Shown piece after piece: positions 40,439 to 51,312 of a stretch of 64,000 nucleotides of DNA. A program made the position numbers and the translations under genes. Below the pieces are notes generated by a model. The model ran no database searches. It saw only the letters and a program-made list of their open reading frames with translations, and had not been told where the DNA came from. Each line of letters begins with the position of its first letter. The first letter of the stretch is position 1. The DNA is from Octopus sinensis (lineage: Eukaryota): positions 138,632,001-138,696,000 of the forward strand of contig NC_042998.1 in assembly GCF_006345805.1 (NCBI RefSeq), read 5' to 3'.

Positions 40439-40551
40439 AACAGGCTGCTTCGCCGCATACCGAAGGAATTAGAAATGGCAGTCAAAGACTGGAAAAAACA
40501 GTCAAAGACTGCCATTTCTAATTCCTTCGGTATGCGGCGAAGCAGCCTGTT
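40439..40551. repeat. Perfect 45-bp inverted repeat in a short element flanked by (TA)n
   Basis: AACAGGCTGCTTCGCCGCATACCGAAGGAATTAGAAATGGCAGTC and its exact reverse complement 23 bp downstream. Confidence 0.9.
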
Positions 40552-40743
40552 GCTTGCCCTTTTAATTATTATTACTATATACTGAACTTTACAAAAGTTC
40601 CTGACGATGAATTTGTCATATTTACATACCGAAATTTACCGGTAAATAATTGTTGGTTATATGAAAAACCACTGAAAAATTATTTACCATTTTTATTGTA
40701 TATATATATATATATATATAATAGAAATATTAAAATTACTAAG

Positions 40744-41278
40744 TCTTATATAAAATCCGTTCTGTTTGTGTGTGTGTGTGTCTTCTCGGATCTCGGGCAT
40801 CCTCCATCCGATTGCGCTCAAATTTGATATGTAGATACTGACGGTATCAGGGCATGTATAAGTCTTGAAAAAATTACAAAAATCGATTCCAGGTGAGAAT
40901 GCGATCGATAAAGCTGTTTTTGTCCTGCTTTTCTTCCGTCAACCTGTATATAACTGCACCTTCCATTTTTTGTTGTTTTGTACTGCTTAAAGGCACGTTT
41001 CTTTCCTGCCAAGCTTACTGTTTAAACCATGTTTGTGTTCTCCCAGACAACAGCCTTATCATTACTGGTACTTTAAACTTTTCGGTTGCATATTTGTGTG
41101 AATAAAATCGTTTTTCTTTGGAATAGAAAAAAAAGTTTATCTTTATTTCTTCTTTTGCTGGTGTCTCAAATTTAGGTTAAATCAGTGTTTCTCAAAGGGG
41201 AGGCCTATGGGACAATCGGACAAATTGTTTTGAGAAAATTTGGTTTAAATGTTTGACAACTCAGCACCGTCCATTGGA

Positions 41279-41281
<3 letters not shown>
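40744..41281 (+). mobile_element. Helitron/Helentron-derived non-autonomous element (DINE-like)
   Basis: TCTTATATAAAA start, (GT)n, CCGATTGCGCTCAAATTTG motif, terminal hairpin CGTCCA-T-TGGACG; similar fragment at ~35665-35790. Confidence 0.5.
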
Positions 41282-41316
<35 letters not shown>

Positions 41317-41328
41317 CATCGTAACATA

Positions 41329-41502
41329 TAATTGCCAACCAAGTGTCAGTGTCATAAATGTCAGTGGTACTGACGTTTATAGCCTCAGGAAGACATCTCT
41401 TCCAGCTGGCTAACGACACACATTCTGGAAGAGATGTCTTCCTAGGGCTATAAACGCCAGTAGCATTGTCCCATATAGGACGCCACACCTGGTTGGCAAT
41501 TA
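41329..41502. mobile_element. Palindromic MITE
   Basis: TAATTGCCAACCA...TTTATAGCC.CAGGAAGACATCTCTTCCAG / CTGGAAGAGATGTCTTCCT.GGGCTATAAA...TGGTTGGCAATTA; related to 50639-51055. Confidence 0.75.
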
Positions 41503-41551
41503 AATAATAATAATAATAACAACAACAACAGCAACAACAATAATAATAATA

Positions 41552-41644
<93 letters not shown>

Positions 41645-42480
41645 TCTTTTTATTGGCCACAAGGGCTGACACACATGATTAGTAAACATAAAGGGACAAA
41701 ACAGGACGAAAGGTTATAAAGGGTTTTGTCCGTTTTTGAAAAAATCCGAGTAAAAACTGTTCAACAACGAAAGATTGTAACAATGAAAAACTCCCAATAG
41801 GGGGAGGCGCTTCGAATGGTTCCTGGTGGAAAAAAAACCATAAAAGCCAACGGGAGCCTGGTCAAAGGGGGGGGGGGTAGAGAGCCCCTTTCTCCTTTTA
41901 TAAAACCTTTTTCAATCACAGGCGAAACCTGAGAATTGGTCCATTTATACTGGCCATTCTCGCACAATTCACCCACCTTTCAGAAAACTTGCTATCGGAC
42001 AGCACTCTCCTCTCTAACCTCATCTTCCTTTTCAAGTGAAACTTGAAAAAGTTGATGAGGCCTTGACCAAAGAGGAAAGTGTCTGACTTTAGCCCTTTCA
42101 AACGGGTCCACCATATAATCTCTTTCGCCACAGCCACTAGGCACAGGAAAACGGCCTCGCCCTCCTTGTTAAAGGAGGTCGGCGGGGCAATCTTCAGTAT
42201 GGATTCGGCTGATAGCCGGATCCGTCCTATACGCGACAGTAGCTGTTCGACATAAACCCATAGTTCAGCAATACTCGGGCACTAGACGAGTGCGAGTAGA
42301 ACAGTTTCGTCGTCCTGGCAACACCTCGGGCAGGCCCGGCTGACGGCACTTCCGTGCCGGTAGAGTTTATCCCGAACAGGCAGAGCCCCTCGGTAGCACT
42401 GCCAGGCGAGCGACCTCTGGAAATTATCCATTGGCCCCGGCCCGAAGGTCCTTACGAACAGACCGCTCAGTTCGTTATCG

Positions 42481-44183
42481 TCAACGCCTAGTTTCCCCGA
42501 GAACGTCGTCGCATTTTCCCTCCACTAACCCTCTATAGAACGCTAGAGTGGAACTAAAACCGATCGCATTGCCCGCCTGGCGGAGGGCGGAGAGAGCTTG
42601 ACGGCACTCGAGGTGCCAAGCGCCCTTTCTCGGTCTACGTTTGATCCAGGTCTGCAGCTCTGTCAAAGAGACGAGCTGCGGAAAGTCGCGTCTGACAAAA
42701 GACGACCACACCTGATCACCGCCTAGGAAACGCTTGAGATGTCGCAGCATGAGCGCATGTCTGCGCATCAGTAACCACGGCATGCCAAGGCCTCCGTTCA
42801 GCGGTCGTTGACAGCAGATGGATCGCTTGACCAGTGGCACCTGACCCTTCCACAAAAAGTCGAAGAGCAGGCGTACCAGCTTGGCCAACCAGCGGTTGGG
42901 ACAAGGGATGACGGTCAAGCGGTAATAGATGACGGATACGATGTATGCATTCGCCACCTCCGCTCGACCTTTCAGGGACAGCTTCCTCTCGTCCCATTTC
43001 TGGGTGAGATGTGCCACCCTGCTCGTCACTTCTTCCCAGTTTTTACCCACGTGGAGGTCCAGACCGAACCAGACCCCGAGCAGTTTAACGGGTCCGTCTG
43101 TCCAGCGCCCTACGACGCTGTTGGACGGCATGGGCTTGCCTCTCCAGGTGCCCAGTTGCAAGCCCACAGACTTTTCCGCGTTAATCTTTGCCCCTGTCAC
43201 CGATTCGTACTCGTTTAGTGTCTCGCCAATCAGGCCAATGTGCCTGTGGCTCGACACCATCACGGTGACGTCGTCGGCATAGGCAGACATGCTATTTCCG
43301 CCTCCTAGATCGCGCGGGATACCCCTCAAAGCCTCCAACTTGCTCAGTAATGGCTCGAGAGTCAATATGTACAAGAGGGAGGAGAGAGGGCATCCTTGGC
43401 GGACCGAACGCGAGATGTCAAACGGTTCCGAAAGGTGACCATTCACCCGTATCACCGAGCAGATGTTGCTGTATAAAGCAGCGATTCACCCGCGGAAGAC
43501 TGGACCGAAGCCGGCTGCCTTGAGAACAGCTGCCAGGTACCGATGGTCGACCCTATCGAAGGCTTTACTCTGATCTAAGTTGATCAAAGCCCCACCCGCG
43601 CCAGCGTCGTTACCCACCCTCTCTATGATGTAGCGCATGAGATGGAGGTTGTCGTGTATCGACCTGGTTTCTTGGCTAGCACCTTGGCCAAAATCTTCAA
43701 CTCTGCATTGAGCAGAGTGATGGGCCGAAAATTCCCTATGACGTCCCCCTTGTTTGGGTCCTTTTTTAGCAAAGCCACCACCCCTCGACAAACAAAAGCA
43801 GGAATTCTCCCGTTTTGCTGCCAGTTGCAGTAGACGTTTGCCAACAGGCCCGCAAACAAGTCTGGCATTGAAGTGTAAAGCTCGTAGGGCAGACCATCCA
43901 AACCCGGCGATCTACCTCTCGTGCAACTCTTCATCGCTTCCTCCACTTCCCAGGCAGATATCGGTCCTTCGCAGCACTCTGCCTCGCTGTCCGAGAGTTG
44001 CGGTAGGCCGTCCAGGTACACACCGAAGTCTGCACCATTGTACATTCCACCGCTCGTTCCAAACAGTTGAGCAAAGTGCCGCTGAAACACCGTACACATC
44101 TGCTTCGGTTCGGTAACCTCGCGCCCGTTCTGGTCCACCAAAGACCGAATGGTTGCTTTGTTGCCTCGCTTCGCCTCCGCCAC
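42481..44183 (-). pseudogene. Tx1 ORF2 reverse transcriptase domain (frameshifted)
   Basis: Three ORF pieces with RT motifs including QGCPLS and YADD. Confidence 0.9.
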
Positions 44184-44399
44184 GCGGGCCCATCGAGCGG
44201 CTCTAGTCCCCTCCCCGCTTAGCGAACGTGCCTTAGCTCTGACAACGCAGCCCCTGTGTTTTTAGCGTCAAAGTGTTGGTCGAGGGCCAACCTTGCCGCC
44301 AACACCACGGTCGCGATGCCAGTCTCAAGAGCCTCGTCTAATTTCTTAACTAAATCCCGCTCTCTCTTCCTACGTTCAATAGCTAGAGTCTTACTAAAC

Positions 44400-45275
44400 C
44401 TAATCGACTCTACTCTTGAGGGCAAACCACCAGTTGTTGTTGATGCTTGTCTCCGCGAGCGCCCGCTTAACTAGTAAACTAATCCGGTCTCTGTAAGCTT
44501 TGCATGCCGTTAACGCGTTCAGCTTCCAGTAGCCGGGTCCCTGTCTATGTAGCATATCTAAGTCGACCGTACAGATCACGAATTTGCGGTCCGTGTAGTC
44601 GACTAGGTGGAATTGTGGACAGCCTATGCTGTCCTTATCCACTGGCCTACAAAACACTCTATCTAAGTACGATCTAGACGACCCGATGCGATTGGTCCAA
44701 GTCCACATTGGCACATTCGGGTTGTCTAGTCGAAACCTGTCGGACAGCTGAAAGCGTCCGAGTAGGTTGGCGAGGCTCTTGCACCCTCCTCTCCTATCAG
44801 ACGCTCCCCTGCCCACCCGATCGAAACGTTCGTCTAAGACAGCGTTCCAATCCCCAACTAGCACTAGAGTGCGTGACGTTCCCAGGAAAACTTTCAGACG
44901 TTTGAAATAATCCGACTGCCCTGCTCCTGTCGGAGCGTAGGCAGCCAGCAGTCTGAAAGCACCGCCGTCACTACCGTCTACGTCGAGGACCACCAACTTA
45001 CCTTCCGGATCCAGGAAGACTGTCCTTATTTTCAAGTTCAGGCCCTTCCGAAACAACACCGCAGTACCACCACCGCCCGCTCCCGGCCGACACGGAGATA
45101 GAAATATCTCGTATCCGCCGAAAAGGGCTGCGAGTTCCTGCGGGTCGGAGAGCCTGGTTTCAATGATGGCTGCTACATCCACATCATGAAATCTCAGGTC
45201 GTTTAACAGGTGACCCTGTTTCCAAGGTGACCCGAGGCCTCTCACATTCAAGCAACCGATTCTAAGTTTTGCCAT
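44400..45275 (-). pseudogene. Tx1 ORF2 apurinic-type endonuclease domain
   Basis: 291-aa ORF with APE motifs; terminal SDH motif reads TDR. Confidence 0.9.
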
Positions 45276-47380
45276 GTTTCAAAGGTGGAAAGAAAAAAAA
45301 TAAAAGGAGAAAAAGGCTCTACTTACTGTTGTTATTATATTTTTAAATAGTTTCTTTGAGAAACTTTTCCCTAGCGATCCTACATCGTTAGGGAATATTT
45401 GTTTTATGTCACAGTACGTTGTTGCGTTGATTTTGATTGTGAGAATGTGTGCTGGTGGTGTGTTGTGTGTTGGTATAACGAAATCTGTTATGTTTGTACT
45501 TGTTTTGTCTTTTAGGTATGCAACGAGTTTTTCATTCTTTGTATTTATTGCTGTAATCGAGTCTGTTGGTGTTGGTGTGTGTGGCAGTGGTAGTAGTGGT
45601 GTCGAAAATGTTGTTGTGAGTGTGTGTTGTTGTTGTTGTTGATGATGTTTGGAAGTACTATTTATTCGTGCTTCCCCTGTGTGTCCTTTTGTTTTTTCTT
45701 CCTTTTCTTTTTTGGAGGCACTGTGTGCCATTCCCCTTTCTCGGTATCAGTGCTCGCACAATCCGAGCTGTCCAGATCCGGAAAGGGGATGGCTGTCGGG
45801 TCCGCTTCATCAGCAGGGCGAAATATTTTTGTTGGTTCTGCTGGTAGCGGTGATGTTGCTGTATCTGTTGGTGATGGTGACGGTGTCGCTGATTCTTCTT
45901 CTTCTTCCTTTTTTGTTGTTGTTGTTTTTCTTGGTGCTGGGGTTGGTGTTGGTTTGGTGGTTGTTGTTGGAGGTGGTGTCGTTCGTCGTGGTTGTGGTGA
46001 TGGTGTTGGTGGTGTGGCAGTCTTTGGTGTTTCGTGCTGTTGTTGTTGTTGTTGTTGCTGCTGCTGCTGCCTCTTGTCGTATGCCTCCATTCTTTTTTTG
46101 TACTTTCCGCCCAAGGTATGATGGGACCAGAAAGAAATTTTCATTTGCAAGGGCGAAATGGCATGCGCCCTTGCATCGTCTTCCGTTGGGAAGCGACCCT
46201 CCACCGTCCCGTAACGCTTCCCTCTTGTGACATAGCTCTTTTTGGCCCATATGGGTTTAAGAGCCATTTCTAATTGTTGGGGTGTTGCATTGGTTATTTT
46301 TTTGTTTTTCTTATCGAAAACTTTATAAATCATAGTCTTTTTTTTGTTTCGTTTATGAGTTGTTGAGGTGTATTGAGGAAGACACTGTTCCCCTCTTTTC
46401 TCAACAACCCCTTTGCAGATTTTATTTCATCAAATGTAATTTCAATTTGTTCTGTGTTTTGTTTCATGATAGAAGCAAAATTGCTATGGTGGCTTGTTGT
46501 GTTGTTGCTGGTGGTGTTGTCGGTGATGCTGTTTGTTATTTTCTTTTCTTCTTTTCCCCCTATTGTTGCACTCATGGAATGAAGAGAAAGAAAATTCTGA
46601 TTAACGTCAAAGGCGACGCCATTTTTGTTGTTTTCCTTTGTAATGTTCTTTTTTCCGTCTTTTTCCCCTACTGGGACGCTTGCAGAGGGGAGAGGAGGGA
46701 AATCTTCGAAGACGTCACAAATGACGCCTTCGTTTTCATTTACATTTGGAACGTTGCACGCGCTGGCACGTTCCTTCGAAATATTTTCTTTGCCTTTTAA
46801 GGCACGAAATGAGCGGTTCGGAGCCGTTAACGAAATTTTTTCGTGTAGTGGGGGTGAAACTTGAAGAAGAGAACAGCTAGTTCTCTTCGAAGCCATATTT
46901 AAAATTGTAAATGAAAATGTATGCAAAATAAATTTCAAAATGTAATTTTACCCCCAATGGGGTAAAATTTCGCCGAGCCAACTAGCTCCGCTAGAAGTTA
47001 GTTGGCTTGGCCATACAAATATCGAAAAATATAAAAATTTTCCCAGGATTTCCAACAAAATTTGCAGAAAACTTACGGCGCAGCTTCACAATAATAATAA
47101 ATAATGTATATATATATATATATATACACTTTCACTTTTTATTTCATTTTAGTCCATTTTTCCATGTTTGCCTTTTCTGATACAAGCCTTTATTTCCTTT
47201 TCCAAGTTAAGGATAATATATTTTAGTGATTTCATCGATAAAAAGAAAGTAAAAAAAACATACATATTCACATGCTTACACACGCATATACACATATGTA
47301 GATGTATGCACACGCAAAGATGTATATAAATATGTATGCGTATGTATAAGTATGTGTATGTGTGTGTGTGTATACATAGG

Positions 47381-47430
<50 letters not shown>

Positions 47431-47761
47431 TAGGGAGAAAGAGAGAGGGAGGGAGTAGAGAGAGAGGTGCTGGCTTGCTTCAGTGGGCTCCGTTGAACCT
47501 TGTGGTATATGTGTCGCCCCCTCCTCTCCTCTCTCTCTTACTTTCTCTCTCTCTCCCCTTCTCTCTCTCTCCACTTCAATCTCTCTCTCCCCTTCTCTCT
47601 CTCTCCCCTTCAATCTCTCTCTTACCTTCTCTCTCTCCTTCTCCCCTCTCTCTCTTTCTTTCTTCCCCCTCTCTCATATATATATAGTTTTCTACTATAT
47701 CGTAGGGCCGACCAAAGCCTTGTTAGCAGATTTGATACATGGAAACTGAAAGAAGGCTTCC

Positions 47762-47794
<33 letters not shown>

Positions 47795-47879
47795 TGTATG
47801 TATGTATGTATGTATGTGTGTGTGTATGTATGTATGTATGTATGTATGTATGTATGTATGTATGCATGCATGCATGTAA

Positions 47880-49640
47880 TCAGACGCCGAGGATGGTATT
47901 TGTGCTGAGGTCCTGCGATTTGGTGGTGATCACATCACAATCCCTTCATGAACTTATTAGTGTAATCTGGAGGGATGGTGCAATGCTTAAGGGCTGGAAT
48001 GATGCAATTATTCTTCCTCTCTATAAAGGAAAGGAAGCCAGAGTAGAGTGTGGCAACTACAGAGAAATTGCTCAACTATCAGCTGCTGGCAAGGTTCTGG
48101 CAAATACTCTTCTTACCCGCCTGAATGGGTGTTTTGTAAAATGATGTCCTATCTGAATCTCAATGTCGTTTCCGATCTGGAAGAAGAACGATGGATATGA
48201 TTTTTACAGCGAAACTGATGCAGGAGAAGTACTATCAACAGAATATGGATCATGTCCAGGCATTCATTGATTTAACCAAGGCCTTTGATACTGTGAATAG
48301 GGCCTCCCTATGGAAAATACTTCGCATACTTGTCCGGATCACTTTGTATGAATAATCATTTCATTTCATGATGGGATGGAGGCTTGGGTCAGTGTTGGTG
48401 GTAGCATGGCGGGACCTATTCCTGTAGAGAATGGTGTCAAGCAGGGTGTCATCATTGCCCCATCTCTTCTTTCTTTGTATTTTGATGCTTCTCTTACTTA
48501 TGCTTTTGATGTGGACAGCTCTCCTGGGATATATGTTAGGCATCGATCTCCTGACCATCTTTTTAACCTGCGTTGATTCCCTGCCAATTCAAAAATTTTC
48601 CAGTCTCTTATTCGTGACCTCCTTTATGCAGATGACTGTGACTTAGTCACTCATACAGCAGATGATATGCAACTACTTGTGAATCATATTTCTGCTTCTT
48701 GCAAGGCACTTGGACTCAGCATTAACCTGGACATGACTGTTGTAAAGTTCTTGCCTGCATCAGGAAACCCATATGTGGAACCAGTTATCTTGGTTGAAGG
48801 AACAATACTGAAAGTGGTAGACAAGTTTGCCTACTTGGGCAGCAAACTCAGCTGTTCTTGTTTCCTGGATGATGAAATTCTTTTAGGATGCAGAGAGCAA
48901 CTGATTCCTTCAGGTCTCTTGAGTCTCGTGTACAGTTCCAACATGACATCACAAGGCGAACAAAAATTGCTGAGTACCGTGCATATGTACTGACATCACT
49001 CCTGTACTCATGTGAAACATAGACCGTTTACAAACGTCATGTAAGGGTCCTTGAACGCTCCCATCAGAGATGTCTGAGACACATTTTGAACGTTGGCTGG
49101 ACCTCAAAAACTCCAGATACACAGGTCCTAAGGAAAGCCGATATCCTGAGTAGTGAGGCGATGGTGCACAACCACCGGTTACGTTGGACTGGACACCTTG
49201 TTAGAATGAATGATAGCAAGATCCCTAAACAGATACTATACGGGGAACTTGTTAGTGGAAAGCAACCTCGGCAGAAACCAAGACTGCAATTTAAGGACTG
49301 TGAAAAGTTCTCATTAAGGCCTGTGAAATGCGGGAAGCTAACTGGGAGAGTAATGCTTGTCATCGCCATGGATGGAGGAAACATGTAAAAGAGGGAGTCG
49401 ATACCTTTGAAAGAGCACGCTTTCATGAAGAATTTAAGCGTGCTGCTCGAAAACGTATTGCTAGTGTAACGAATGGGGAAAGCATGGCCTGCAATGTTTG
49501 CAGTCGTGTATGTTTGTCAAGAGCAGGGCTCGTTAGTCACCAACGAAGCCACAAGTGTAAAGGATAAGGTAGTCTTGAGCGCACAATGTTCCTAAAGGTC
49601 AGTAATGGTTTTCCTCGGTCGCGACTGGACGGCCATCCTG
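47880..49640 (+). mobile_element. 5'-truncated RTE (BovB-like) LINE, pseudogenised
   Basis: AIILPLYKGK..CGNYR, AFIDLTKAFD, GVKQG, LLYADD, RLRWTGHLVRM..IPKQILYGEL, C-terminal CNVCSR.C.SRAGL.SHQRSH. Confidence 0.93.
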
Positions 49641-50233
49641 TATGTAATGTATGTATGATTATACATATACATGTGTGTGTGTGTATTTATATATGTATAT
49701 GTGCCTATATGTATGCATATGAACATATGTGTATGTGTGTGTGAGTATACATGCATACATACATGCACGTACGCGCCCCACCCCCACATGTATCTTGTGA
49801 ATGATATTTTCAAGCGAGATGTTACAACCGTATCTGCTATTAACATTTATCAATGGTCTCTCCCTTTGTGCTGATGCGCCATTTCCTATCATTAATAAAA
49901 TTGTCGGCATTTTTGATGACACGGGTATGCTAGTTAATAAATAAATAAATAATGAATAAATAAATAACTAAATAAATTATAAATATCTATAAGTAACGTG
50001 GAGAAAATGTCGATAATAAACGACTAATAAACATGTCGCATAACGTACCTTCTAGTATTTAGTTACTGCCTTTTACGCCCCGAAATCAATTCTCAGTACG
50101 ATAAACTGTCTTTTATCCATGTCTGGATCCATAAAATATAGTGCCTGTCAAGTATTGGGCCATTCGAACATGTCCGTTCCTTGTCACAATCGCACTTGAA
50201 ACGTTATACCTTTAGCGGTCAATATGGTAGATA

Positions 50234-51312
50234 CAGTAATGCCTCACTTTACGAGGACACGATTTACGAGACTCCGGGTTTACGAGTTTTATTTTTCAAG
50301 GACAAGATGCACATTTTGAACGAAGTGCAAAAGTTTCTACTACCATAACAAATGCTTCTGTGTGTTACTGAGAAATTTATAGAGAGCCAAAAGAAGGTTT
50401 CTACGCAAACAACTCTGGACTTGTTGTTTTTAAAAGAAAATCTGCAAGTCCATCTACCAGTGCTTGTGAATCGGTGATCGCGTCTACAAATGATGGTGTG
50501 CGCGAATCTTGTGCGAGTGAAAGTGATTCAGAAAACGATAATAATAATAATGATAATAATAATAATAATAATAATAATATTTTCTTTATCAAAATGATCT
50601 TGACATTCATTTTACTTTACATAAAATATTCTTTACATTAAAGTCTATTTGCGAAAGCAATGTGCTAGTCATACGCAGGTCGATGTTACTACTTTTTAGC
50701 CACAGGAAAACATCTTTTCCAGCTGGCTACTGACACATGGTCTGTGTCCGTATACTGTGAGCAAAGGAGTCTATTGCTCCCTTTCTAGTCTTAGAGATAC
50801 CGGTAGAGCAATGGTTTCTGGGTTATTTCCCTTCCTCGGTACAAAACAATCGCCGGTTAGAGATGGCAGCCACTCGACCTTGCTCACAGTGTATACTTTT
50901 AAAGCGACACACAGTCGCTGATCTCGTAAAGAGTACACGCTCACGAACGCAGACCATGTGTCGGTAGCCGGCTGGAAAAGATATTTTCCTGAGGCTAAAA
51001 CGTAGTAACATCGTCCTGCGTAGGACTGCTACATTGCGTTGGCAAATAGACTTTACTGTACCGTACTGGTACTACATATTTCTCACTCAGAGATTTAAAA
51101 CTAGTTGCTTTTCTCTTTATCCTTTACATTCTACTGTTGTTTTATTGCCATTTATTTGCGAGTATTATAAATTTTATTGGTAAAATATTTTTCTGGGAAC
51201 GATTTACGATTTATAACATTGCTATTATGAGAAATTATTGCTCTGCTTAACGAGTTTTCGCTCTCCGAGCAGTCTCCAGGAACAAATTAACTCGTATATA
51301 GAGGCATTACTG
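50234..51312. mobile_element. pogo/Tigger-like non-autonomous transposon
   Basis: TA-CAGTAATGCCTC..TACGAG ... CTCGTA..GAGGCATTACTG-TA. Confidence 0.8.
50639..51055. mobile_element. Long-TIR MITE nested in the pogo-like element
   Basis: ~105-bp imperfect TIRs TAAAGTCTATTTGC...GACACATGGTCTG / CAGACCATGTGTC...GCAAATAGACTTTA. Confidence 0.8.

Larger units (their letters stand above)
41642..47089 (-). mobile_element. Near full-length Tx1-type (L1 clade) LINE, frameshifted
   Basis: ORF1 pieces 46938-45279; ORF2 APE (LNVRGL, IETR, VGDWNA, LDR) 45275-44400; RT (SPGLDG, FRPITLLN, DQSKAFD, VRQGCPLS, AYADD) 44183-42481; C-terminal CPRC..ETV finger ~42300; AATAAA then (TTA)n. Confidence 0.95.

Noticed and set aside
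45620-46864. Plus-strand hydrophobic ORFs
   Set aside because: Antisense shadows of Tx1 ORF1 low-complexity sequence.
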